In this document: piece after piece, positions 1-10,524 of the stretch
Numbering within the stretch: the stretch's first letter is position 1
Layout: each line of letters opens with the position of its first letter
Assembly (NCBI GenBank): GCA_964607485.1
Contig: CAZSKP010000031.1
Span: forward strand, 1 to 34,161
DNA from: an uncultured bacterium
Lineage (GTDB): Bacteria; Abyssobacteria; SURF-5
Direction: 5' to 3'
DNA: 34,161 nt
The notes under the pieces: model-generated
What the model was told of the DNA's origin: nothing
The model's input: only the letters and a program-made list of their open reading frames with translations
The model's database searches: none
Position numbers and translations under genes: made by a program

Positions 1-1646
<1,646 letters not shown>

Positions 1647-1988
1647 CTATGACTATAGCGCTTCGGAGCCAATTGCTCTAGTCAACTTTAACGGACTCAT
1701 CGATTGATTTTGGTGACAATGGGAGACTTGAAGGGTCGTTAGAAGAACGTCGCACCATTTCTTGAGCGAAGAATTCGGGGCCGACGGTCATTACATTCTG
1801 ATTATCAGCGGCAGGGGCGCCAACAGCGGGGCGTCCAGAGGCCAGCTACCAGAGAATTCTAGCCTCAATGCATACACAGCCGGGCAGAGACTAGGCGGAT
1901 CTATTTGGAGCAGCGAAGAGTAATCTCAGAAGGGGTGGAATTGTTCACTTCTCGAGTTGAAGGATTCGGCTTTTTGCAGTCAAGAGCA

Positions 1989-2085
1989 AGTGCAGAATCG
2001 AAAACGGAATATGCACTCTCTGAGAGCGATATTTAGACAATCGGATGGGTGGAATGTGCACTCTTGAAGGGGCTGAAAAAGTGCA
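1989..2085 (+). repeat. Dispersed intergenic repeat, copy A
   Basis: Core GAGCGATATTTAGACAATCGGATGGGTGGAA (2024-2054) matches 9118-9148 at 30/31. AGAATCGAAAACG (1994-2006) is identical to 3814-3826. Confidence 0.85.
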
Positions 2086-2231
2086 ACTCTTGACAGGTAT
2101 TCTTAGATTCTATTGCGTCCGCGTATGTTTGGCTGGACGTCTTCAGATCACGCACGTTCCCGCATGGCCATCTGGGGATATGTCTCCCAGCGGGGGCTGA
2201 CCCGCTGGGTTTCCTGGCTTTCCTCGCATGG

Positions 2232-3482
2232 TCACCACTGAGCAGGTTTATGGATATTCAGCCGTTCGTTTACGCCACCGTCCTGGTGATTCTGCTCTAC
2301 CATGCCCCGTTCTCGTTGATCGAGAGGAAGCGCAACGGGCCGACCCGTTCGAGCCGATTCGTAGCTGGCAAATACCAACTCTATGTCAGCGCGACCGTGA
2401 CGCCCCTCGACACATGGTGTCTTACCCGTCCGTACACACTCGGCAAAATCCGTGATCGACGCTTCGTAAACGTTGAAATTACCGAATTCCCCAATGATAT
2501 CCACGGGCGTTCCGCAGGCAAGAGTTCGCTGTAACACATCATCCGGAACCTCCGCATCTAGAACCATTTTCATATACAGCTTTGCGTCCTCAAAGTAGTC
2601 TACGTCTGCGGGCGCCTGAAACTTCTTATTCTTTGCACTGTATACATTCAATCCGCCTATTTCAAGTGGCCCGTGGGCGGGCAAACGCATCCCCGGAATC
2701 TCGGCGATGCTGCCTTCTGTCCCGTACACCGCCATAAATGGAACCTTGGGTGCGGAACGAATATTACAGCTTTCGATCAGATTCGTGATGACACCGGTTT
2801 CATGAACGAATGTGACGACAGAAGTCTCGTCCACCTCCCACACCCCGGCGGGAGACCGGTTGAGCGCATAAACACTCCTGACGGGCCCACCTAGTTGGTT
2901 AACCATTGCCATCAGATGTACGCCCCGGTCGAAGAGGAATCCGCCGCCACCAGTCGATTCTCGCCTGCGCCAGTCAAATGCTTGCATATGTGTGCTCACT
3001 TCAACGGTGAAAAACATCTCTTGCACGAGGATGAGAAATGGTTCACCGATGTCTCCTCTATCGATTATTTCGATTGTTCGCCTGATGGCCGGTTCGAAGC
3101 GGAAATTCTCCGAGACAGCCAACACGAGGCCGGCGCTTCGAGCAGCGTCAATGATTGAATCGGCTTCGGCGAGCGAGTTTGCGATTGGTTTTTCGAGCAA
3201 TACGTGTTTTCCCGCTCCGAATGCTGACAGAGCCAACTCAGCGTGCAGATGGTGAGGAAGACAAAGGTCAACCGCATCGATGCGGGGATCGGAAAGGACC
3301 CGGTCGTAATCGCTGATAACACCTGCGGCTTCAAACTCATCCTCGAACGCGCGCGCTCGCGTTGCATCGGCATCGCACACATACAGCTCAATGGTATCCT
3401 GATGTTTCTGGCATGCCTGAGCATGAACCCTGCCGATCATGCCACACCCAACAAGACAGAGTCTCAGTTTTTCTTTGCCCAT
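2232..3482 (-). CDS. Gfo/Idh/MocA family NAD(P)-dependent oxidoreductase
   Basis: Rossmann GCGMIG, 'AGKHVLLEKPIA', 'GGGFLFDRGVH' and C-terminal 'YESARTGRPV' motifs; GGAGGG RBS upstream. Confidence 0.93.
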   Translation of the reverse strand: MGKEKLRLCLVGCGMIGRVHAQACQKHQDTIELYVCDADATRARAFEDEFEAAGVISDYDRVLSDPRIDAVDLCLPHHLHAELALSAFGAGKHVLLEKPIANSLAEADSIIDAARSAGLVLAVSENFRFEPAIRRTIEIIDRGDIGEPFLILVQEMFFTVEVSTHMQAFDWRRRESTGGGGFLFDRGVHLMAMVNQLGGPVRSVYALNRSPAGVWEVDETSVVTFVHETGVITNLIESCNIRSAPKVPFMAVYGTEGSIAEIPGMRLPAHGPLEIGGLNVYSAKNKKFQAPADVDYFEDAKLYMKMVLDAEVPDDVLQRTLACGTPVDIIGEFGNFNVYEASITDFAECVRTGKTPCVEGRHGRADIELVFASYESARTGRPVALPLDQRERGMVEQNHQDGGVNERLNIHKPAQW

Positions 3483-3654
3483 ATCATTCCCTCCGGTATG
3501 TCGAACCGTATCCTTTTTGTCTCGTCGAAAACGCTGCGCCAGTTAACGAACGCTATCACAACGGGAGCCTGAAATGCAACTAATAAGTGGCGACTTCCGC
3601 ACGGGAATGGCTGGAATCGAGCAGGTGAGGATTCTTGTAGAAGACCGCTGTTAT

Positions 3655-3677
3655 TCTTCACTCCGGTCGAGTGAAGA
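3655..3677. other. Perfect 9-bp inverted repeat (hairpin or operator)
   Basis: TCTTCACTC-cggtc-GAGTGAAGA upstream of the Gfo/Idh/MocA gene; function unknown. Confidence 0.4.
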
Positions 3678-3810
3678 TTTCGCCCAAATAACCCCCGCCG
3701 GTCGATTTCAAGAATTGCCTTGGGATGAGAGCGCCACAGGTCCCATATTAGCAGCAAGCGGTCATTTGGGGGTACAGGGGTCAAGGATGGAAAGGGGAAA
3801 GCCTATAGAA

Positions 3811-3903
3811 TATAGAATCGAAAACGAACTCTTGACTCTCTCAGAGGGAGATTAAGCGGTCGGATGAGCAACAGTCTCACTTCCTGAGAGCCAGGAAAGT
3901 CAC
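3811..3903 (+). repeat. Dispersed intergenic repeat, copy B (diverged)
   Basis: TATAGAATCGAAAACG...ACTCTCTCAGAG...TCGGATG...CACTTCCTGAGAGCCAGGAAAGT is colinear with copies A, C and D. Confidence 0.7.
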
Positions 3904-3950
3904 GGGTTTGAACAATTTCTCTGCGATTTCATCCTCATACTGTCAGCTTT

Positions 3951-5849
3951 TCAAGAGATTTCCTTGGCACGAGCAGTGTAAAAGGACTGCAGGACAAAAA
4001 AGGCAGGTTTGCGGTACGTCTTATCGGCCGAGAGCAATCCTTTCAAATTGTAGTAATCCTGGATGGGATTGGTTCTCCGGAGGGACCTGAAATCGTAGAG
4101 TATCCATGGGCTGATTCCACGAATCTGAGGGGTCTTCTTGATAGCCTCCAGTTGTTCCTCATAGACGGCGGCCTGCTTTTCCTCTGTGAAGAATTCATCG
4201 GATGGCCCGCGTCGTCCACTCCTCGCCCCGGCTCCCATTTCGGTGATAACGAATGGCTTTGGAATGTCGGTATTCTCGAAAAATTTCCTCAGGTTATCTA
4301 TCCCGGGATGATACCATCCGAAATACTCATTGATGCCGACTATGTCGAGATGTTCCGCCAGACGATCATCGATCTTCTTGCTTTCCCAGTTGACGAGACA
4401 GGCAGCCGAGACTGGGCGTGTCGAATCCAAATCGCGACAACAGCCCGCCAGCCTGCTCATGAAAGAGAGCCGGGCATCGCTGTCCTCATTCTCATTTCCC
4501 ACAGACCAGATAATGACGCTGGCCCGTCTCCAATCTCGCAGGATCAACTCCGTCATCTGGTTTTCCGCGTCCTTGAGCGTGTCCGGGTTGCCGAAATCAA
4601 TAGCCCAGTAGACCGGAATCTCTTCCCAGAGCATCATTCCCAGTTCGTCAGCCAGCTTTGCGGTCTCTCTGCTATGAGGATAATGAGCCAATCGAACGAA
4701 GTTGCAGCCCAGTTCTTTCGCAACGCCAAGGTTTTCCCGAATCTCATCGACACTCAGCGCCTTTCCGTTGGCAACGCTCTCTTCGTGGCAACTGATCCCT
4801 TTCAGGAAAATCTCTGTGCCATTTAACAGGATTTTCTCTCCCGCTATTCTGATCTCCCGGAATCCGACCCTGTCGGAGAGCTTGTCGCCATTGTATTCTA
4901 TGCTGACATCATAGAGTTTCGGTCTTTCCGGATTCCATAGGATCGCTTCAACGCTGAATCGTGTCTCGCCTTCTCCTCCAGTTACGGGGACGGAAATTCT
5001 CGTTCCAAGCTCCGGCATATTCAGGACGGCCTCACCATCGACGGGGTCGCTCAGAGAGACCTTGCAGGACATATTCCTAAATGTTCCGTCGGGCACGAGG
5101 AACACATTGTAGTTTTTTATGAACACAGTGGGTGTAAAGACCAATTCGATATCCCGATATATCCCTCCATAGTTGAACCAGTCAAAGTTATCCATCGGGA
5201 CATGCGTATCGCGACGGGTATTGTCATCAACCAGTATCAGTCGGTTCCCGGTTTCAAGGATGTCTTCAGTTAGCTCGACATAGAAATCGGTCGAGCCGCC
5301 GAGATGTGATCCCATGAGTTTTCCATTCAGAAAGATTACGCATCGGTAATTCGCCGCTCCGATTCGGAGGAAGACTCTCTCAACTTCAGATACATCGACT
5401 TCAAACATGCGTGTGAATACCATCGGCCCTTCATAAAGGAAAAGCCTCTCGCTTACCATGTTCCAGCAGGCGGGAAGTTCCAATGTAGGCCATTCATCAA
5501 AATCAAAGTCCATCGGGGTCATTGTCCTGGCGATTTTCACCAGGTCCAGTTCATGTATGACCTCGGGAGGGAAATCTTCCTCATTTATCCCCATTTGCGA
5601 AAACATGTGCCGAAAGCCCCAATAGACGCTTTCCGATGTGCTGAACTTATACCAGCGTGACCTCAAACACGTGTTGAACGGATCAATCGAATAATGCCAG
5701 AGACCGCTCAGGCTGGCTTTCTTCCGGCCTTCGTCTGCCATGAGAGTCTGGAAACGGATCGGCTTATTCAAGAACTCCTTCCAGTAATCCCTTAGATGGA
5801 TCGACTCCTGGACATTTCCCGGTCTTTTTTCTTCCTTGGCTGCCCCCAT
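3951..5849 (-). CDS. Glycoside hydrolase family 2, beta-glucuronidase-like
   Basis: 'DWFNYGGIYR', 'NFVRLAHYP', acid/base 'WSVGNE', 'NEYFGWY', nucleophile 'ITEMGA' and N-x-K motif 'NLKG'; RBS GGGAGGAG. Confidence 0.92.
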   Translation of the reverse strand: MGAAKEEKRPGNVQESIHLRDYWKEFLNKPIRFQTLMADEGRKKASLSGLWHYSIDPFNTCLRSRWYKFSTSESVYWGFRHMFSQMGINEEDFPPEVIHELDLVKIARTMTPMDFDFDEWPTLELPACWNMVSERLFLYEGPMVFTRMFEVDVSEVERVFLRIGAANYRCVIFLNGKLMGSHLGGSTDFYVELTEDILETGNRLILVDDNTRRDTHVPMDNFDWFNYGGIYRDIELVFTPTVFIKNYNVFLVPDGTFRNMSCKVSLSDPVDGEAVLNMPELGTRISVPVTGGEGETRFSVEAILWNPERPKLYDVSIEYNGDKLSDRVGFREIRIAGEKILLNGTEIFLKGISCHEESVANGKALSVDEIRENLGVAKELGCNFVRLAHYPHSRETAKLADELGMMLWEEIPVYWAIDFGNPDTLKDAENQMTELILRDWRRASVIIWSVGNENEDSDARLSFMSRLAGCCRDLDSTRPVSAACLVNWESKKIDDRLAEHLDIVGINEYFGWYHPGIDNLRKFFENTDIPKPFVITEMGAGARSGRRGPSDEFFTEEKQAAVYEEQLEAIKKTPQIRGISPWILYDFRSLRRTNPIQDYYNLKGLLSADKTYRKPAFFVLQSFYTARAKEIS

Positions 5850-6171
5850 CTTCTCCTCCCTTATTGCAGCAACTAAGCTCTCTCTTCCCTTGAGGAAGCA
5901 TGTACTATGTATGAACTGCCCCCACCAACGTTACGAGTCTTTATGTTAGTCCGCGGACTGTTATCAAATCAACCAGTTTCTCGCTGATGGGACGCTGGCG
6001 CGGAAGCGAGGCAACACTTCGGGTGGAAAAGACGGGCATTCTGCACTGCCGCATAGTGGAGCTTCCCAAGATGTTTTTCACTCCCTAGAAGTCGGAGAAT
6101 GAAGTATCATCATTGAGTCGGTGTTATTTGTCGAGTGACAGGGAGGGGCTGCTCGGTATCGAGCAAACAAA

Positions 6172-6267
6172 TGCAGAATGGAAGGCGTTATCTACACTCT
6201 CTCGGAGCGATACTTGAACGAGTTGACGGGAGATGCCTTCACTTTGAGAGATCGGGTAAAGTGAAGG
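6172..6267 (+). repeat. Dispersed intergenic repeat, copy C
   Basis: CGTTATCTACACT (6186-6198) is identical to 9099-9111. CTCTCGGAGCGATACTTGAACGA matches copy E at 21/23. Ends in a perfect 10-bp inverted repeat CCTTCACTTT-N12-AAAGTGAAGG (6236-6267). Confidence 0.8.
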
Positions 6268-6322
6268 GTACAATTCAAGAACGCAAGAGTGAATGATCCC
6301 TAAATGAGCCGACCAGCTTATG

Positions 6323-8815
6323 CTAACGATCCGTCTTAACTGGTATCAACAGCAGTTTGCCTTCCTGATTTGCCTCGATCTCCTCTGCGGTATTCCAGAT
6401 GGGGAGTGATTCGCCCCTGAGCCAGAATGGCAATTGGTCGGAGTAGTGGCTGCTGAAGCGGTTTCCGGATTGGCCGAGGGTGATGACCATGTGAGCCGCA
6501 TTCACATTTCCGAAGTCCACGACCGTCCTCATCGATGCCCCGGCAACGACGGGATACGGCTTGCGTTCCACGTCGAAGTAGTAGTTGGCCGGGTTGATAG
6601 TAGAGTTCGAGCCTCCCATCTGGAATGGCCCTACGTTCAGCGCCTTTGCCAAGATTCCTTGGCGCCCCAGGGGATGCGTGAAGGTAAGCGTGTGAAGTCG
6701 TCCCCATGTCCAGCCTTCGGGATCACATTGGTAGAACTGTCTCAGTGACTTCACGGCCCGGGCCACGCCGGCCGCGATTGCCTGGTCGCGTGTCTCCACG
6801 GCATCGGTCGAAGCGTCATCAAACCATTTCCGGGATGCGGCCTCTGTCAACAAGTCGTCGAGGCTCGGGATGGACCTGTAAACTCGCCTCCACAGCCCCC
6901 CTTCCATCCTGTCCCGAATGATGTTCCTGGCAATCGTCGCATAGCTCTCGAAGAAAATGGTGGCTCCAGCCCTGTCCGGCTCGGCCATCAGATCCCACGC
7001 CTTCATCAGCTCGACAGCCTGCCGGAAGTCCGAATCGGCGCTCGGATATTTCTCGCATGCGTCAACAAAGATGTCTCGCAATCGCTCCGCCTGCTTCGAG
7101 TACACATCCATCTGAATACGTTCCATATCCTCGGAGGAGAGTCTCTCACGCGCAAGGATAAGTTCCTCTATCCGTTCCGCTCGATACGGACCGAGGTACT
7201 GCGTGGAGATGAGATAGGGGTAGTCATCCGGCGTCACCCTGTTGTTCGCGGTAACGATATATCCATTCGAGGGATTGAACAGACGGGGCATCTCGTCATA
7301 GGGAATGTAACCATCCCAGTCGTATTCTTCAAGCCATCCGGGCACGGGAAGCATCCCGCGGCCCTTTTTTCTGATTGGTATCAGACCCACAAGCTGATAC
7401 CCGATGTTGCCCTCCGCATCCGCATACACCCAATTCCACACAGGTGTTACCGTGTATCTTAGGGCCTCACGAAAATCCTGCCAATTTCTCGCCCTGAGCA
7501 TCAGACGCGCTGATTTGAGCGAATCGGATGTCTCGTAGCCTGCCCAGCGAAGCGAGAGCGGCATGTCGGTCCGGACCGGCGGATCGGCGATCTCGTTAAT
7601 GATCGGACCGTGAACGCTCAACCGGATCTCCTTTTCGACCGATTTCATTTCGCCGCGTTCCCGGTACCGGATGACTTCCTTGACGCTCTCGAACGGCAGA
7701 TACGCACCGTCATGGTAGTATTCGTTGGGGTCCTCCGGATTCAGCTTTTCGATGAACAAGTCCTGCGTATCCGCGCCGGTAGTCGTGTCGCCCCATGCAA
7801 TATGGCGGGTGTGTCCCATCACAATCATCGGCACCCCAAGCGTCATGATGCCTGCGGCGTCGTCGATTCCCGGCGCCGACAGGTGAACCATGTACCATAT
7901 CGAAGGTAAGGTGTGCGGAATGTGAGGGTCGTTGGCCAGCATCGGTTTTCCCGAATGGCTGCGCGCACCGCTCACGACCCATGCGTTGCTCGCGAAAACC
8001 TGGCTGCGGTCGGCAATCGACGACACATGTGTTTCACCTTTCTGCGCCGGTGACGCTTCCTCTCGTTCAAATTTGATGCGATTGTAGTCGAACTCCGGCG
8101 GAATGATTGTGCCGTCTATGCGCGACTGCTCGACGCCGTACTGCTTCTCCGTCTCCGATATAATGCTGGGCCCTTGCTCTCTCTGAGTGCCGATGAGTTC
8201 CAGCGTTTCATCGACTCCGAGGCCTTGCATCAAACCCACCATTGCAAGCTCGGATTCCCAGTTGAATGTTACCATCCACTGCTGCCACATGAGCACGCCG
8301 TACACATTCTCAGGCGACCACAACTCAGGTCTGTACCCCAGCAGGAGGAATTCGAGCGGAACCCGGTCGGGGAATTCCCTTATGTAGTCGTTGATGCCGC
8401 CCACGTAGGCGCGGCACATCTTCCTGGACTCTTCGTCGGCATCGCCGTAGAGCCTCTCCGCCAGTCGCTGAAAGCCGAGAACACGGTGCTTGTAATCGAG
8501 AGGAATCAGGTCAGGCCCGAATATCTCGGCCAGCCGCCCCTGCGAAAGGCGGCGGAAAAGGTCCATTTGCCAGAGTCTGTCCTGTGCGTTCACAAACCCG
8601 AGAGCGTAGTAAAGGTCATTCTCGGATCGGGCTCTTATATGGGGAATTCCGTAAATGTCTCGGATTACTTCGACGCGGTTCAGGAGCCCGGGCAGGGCGA
8701 TCTCGCCGCTGATCTGTGGAAGGCTTTTTCGGATCAGATGCGTGCTCCACAGACCGACGACCGCGACAGCGAGCAAGAGTGTGACGGCGAGTACGAGGAT
8801 GATTCTCTTTGTCAT
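6323..8815 (-). CDS. Penicillin acylase / acyl-homoserine-lactone acylase family Ntn hydrolase, N-terminally anchored or exported
   Basis: 'RDIYGIPHI', 'AQDRLWQMD', beta-subunit start 'SNAWVVSG', 'LANDPH', 'YADAEGNIGY' and 'GQSG...HYSDQ'. Start moved from 8983 to the ATG at 8815 (MTKRIILVLAVTLLL; RBS GGGAAGGGG). Confidence 0.93.
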   Translation of the reverse strand: MTKRIILVLAVTLLLAVAVVGLWSTHLIRKSLPQISGEIALPGLLNRVEVIRDIYGIPHIRARSENDLYYALGFVNAQDRLWQMDLFRRLSQGRLAEIFGPDLIPLDYKHRVLGFQRLAERLYGDADEESRKMCRAYVGGINDYIREFPDRVPLEFLLLGYRPELWSPENVYGVLMWQQWMVTFNWESELAMVGLMQGLGVDETLELIGTQREQGPSIISETEKQYGVEQSRIDGTIIPPEFDYNRIKFEREEASPAQKGETHVSSIADRSQVFASNAWVVSGARSHSGKPMLANDPHIPHTLPSIWYMVHLSAPGIDDAAGIMTLGVPMIVMGHTRHIAWGDTTTGADTQDLFIEKLNPEDPNEYYHDGAYLPFESVKEVIRYRERGEMKSVEKEIRLSVHGPIINEIADPPVRTDMPLSLRWAGYETSDSLKSARLMLRARNWQDFREALRYTVTPVWNWVYADAEGNIGYQLVGLIPIRKKGRGMLPVPGWLEEYDWDGYIPYDEMPRLFNPSNGYIVTANNRVTPDDYPYLISTQYLGPYRAERIEELILARERLSSEDMERIQMDVYSKQAERLRDIFVDACEKYPSADSDFRQAVELMKAWDLMAEPDRAGATIFFESYATIARNIIRDRMEGGLWRRVYRSIPSLDDLLTEAASRKWFDDASTDAVETRDQAIAAGVARAVKSLRQFYQCDPEGWTWGRLHTLTFTHPLGRQGILAKALNVGPFQMGGSNSTINPANYYFDVERKPYPVVAGASMRTVVDFGNVNAAHMVITLGQSGNRFSSHYSDQLPFWLRGESLPIWNTAEEIEANQEGKLLLIPVKTDR

Positions 8816-9083
8816 CTGCCCCTTCCCAATCCTCTCTTTCCGCATGGGCCCGACTTCAGCAATGACCAACTTACCTGGGCACATTCCGGCTCGCGGAAAT
8901 CCGTTCGATATGCAGATTGCGCTTCCAACTCTCGGCGAAGTATATAACATTGGACATCCTATTGCCAAACCGCGCGCAACCATGTGTGCTGGTTCGGATG
9001 CGGGAGATTCCGTGAGAGTGGATTGTGGGGGGTCGATTCACGAGAGTCCAAACTCATCATCAATGGAGGCATGATCTGGGGAT

Positions 9084-9176
9084 GTGCAGCCTGGAAAACG
9101 TTATCTACACTAGCTGGGAGCGATATTTAGACGATCGGATGGGTGGAAGGTCGACTTTTTGAGGTTTCGGAAAAGC
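9084..9176 (+). repeat. Dispersed intergenic repeat, copy D
   Basis: GTGCAG...CGTTATCTACAC...GAGCGATATTTAGACGATCGGATGGGTGGAA...ACTTTTT-N10-AAAAG; core matches copy A at 30/31 and copy E at 28/31. Confidence 0.85.
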
Positions 9177-9403
9177 AAAGTCGTGCCGATCGTGTTCTCG
9201 GTAATCCATTTTGTCAGGAACAAGAGCGCCCCTGTCGAGAACAGAAAGAAAGCGGTGACGAGCGGCAGGCTAAACCAGTTCTTCCCTTTTTGATTAGAGC
9301 GTCTTCATCGGAATATTGCTCTGCCGCGGTCGGAGCTTCGCCATTTCGGAAAAAGCGCTGAGCATTAAGGGAATCTCGACCGATTGAAGCATCTATTCCA
9401 TCG

Positions 9404-10501
9404 TTAATCCAGCTTGAACTCGATTCCTCGGGCTGCGGCGCGTTGCCTCCCCCATTCGATTTCGTCCGCAGGCGGTTCCAGCCGCTCGGCCTCGGGCTTT
9501 CGAACCAGCGTTATCGCCTCCACGGGACAGGTGGGCGCGCATGCGCCACAGCCGATGCAGCGCTCTTCGAGCACCCGGTACTCTCCGGCATCCTCAACAA
9601 TGGCATCCATGGGACACCGCTCATCCTTGCACACACCGCATGCCGTGCAGCTTTCCTGGTCTATCGCCGCCCGGAAATTGCTTCGTGCGATCGCAGTGGG
9701 AATATTGAACTCCTTCACGGCGCGAAGCATCCCACAACAGCATGGACAGCAGGCACACACAAAATCCTGCCCTTCGCCGTAGTTGTAGGTGAGGTGAACA
9801 AGACCTGCTTCCTCAGCCCTGTCAATGGCCTCGAAGGCTTCCTTCTTGGATATGATCTTTCCAAGCTGCGGATATCTCTCGTAGGCGTTTTCCTCGTTGG
9901 AGAAGTTCAGGCATACGTCGAGCGGATACTTGCATCGATTGCCAAGAAGCCCCTGCTCCGTCCGGCACATGCAGTCTTGGAGCATGAACGACTTGGCCTC
10001 GTCCACCATCCTTCGTATGTCCTCGTAACGATGCACATGAAGGTCCTCTTTGACCTGTGTGCTCACGGGGACGACACGCGTAACGGCCGGGTCGATACCT
10101 ACAAGAGTCATGCCGAGATACGGCGCGTATTCCTCGAACAGCTCCATGAATTCTCTGCGCTCGGCCGGTGTCTTATCCTTTCGGAGAAACTGGAACTCAT
10201 AGATGCCGATGGCAAACGGATACAACTTGTACATCTGCTTGCCGTTCCTTTTCAGGGGACCGATCTGCCCCTTAAGGACCATGTCGTCCAGGATCGCCTG
10301 CATTTCATCCAAGGGTTTTCCGACGCGCTCGGCGATCTGCTCAACAGTCTCCGCCACGGGTCTGAGATTGAGCGCCATCTCGGCTTCTTCCGGCGCAAAG
10401 ACGCGCTGGAGAATCTTGAGTTCGACGCCGTCCTCGGTCTCCGGATAGCCGTTCGGCAGTTCGTCGAGTTTCCTGGCCAGCCGCTTATAGACGTCGGTCA
10501 T
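9404..10501 (-). CDS. Multi-cluster Fe-S protein with C-terminal 2x[4Fe-4S] ferredoxin domain
   Basis: Cys motifs CMCR, C..C, CACCPCCC, CTACGVC....CP and CIGCGACAPTCP; RBS AAGGAGG. Confidence 0.88.
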   Translation of the reverse strand: MTDVYKRLARKLDELPNGYPETEDGVELKILQRVFAPEEAEMALNLRPVAETVEQIAERVGKPLDEMQAILDDMVLKGQIGPLKRNGKQMYKLYPFAIGIYEFQFLRKDKTPAERREFMELFEEYAPYLGMTLVGIDPAVTRVVPVSTQVKEDLHVHRYEDIRRMVDEAKSFMLQDCMCRTEQGLLGNRCKYPLDVCLNFSNEENAYERYPQLGKIISKKEAFEAIDRAEEAGLVHLTYNYGEGQDFVCACCPCCCGMLRAVKEFNIPTAIARSNFRAAIDQESCTACGVCKDERCPMDAIVEDAGEYRVLEERCIGCGACAPTCPVEAITLVRKPEAERLEPPADEIEWGRQRAAARGIEFKLD

Positions 10502-10524
10502 CGGGAAATCCTCCTTTCGTGTTT

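Noticed and set aside
1991-2095. Repeat as a conserved small peptide (CRIENGICTL*ERYLDNRMGG-like)
   Set aside because: Copies contain stops at different positions and have no common start or RBS. Origin from an ancient coding fragment cannot be excluded.
1989-9176. Repeat family as integron attC sites, pdif sites or a CRISPR array
   Set aside because: No RYYYAAC...GTTRRRY ends or full-length palindrome, no XerC/XerD arms, kb-scale irregular spacing, and no intI, xer or cas gene in the window.
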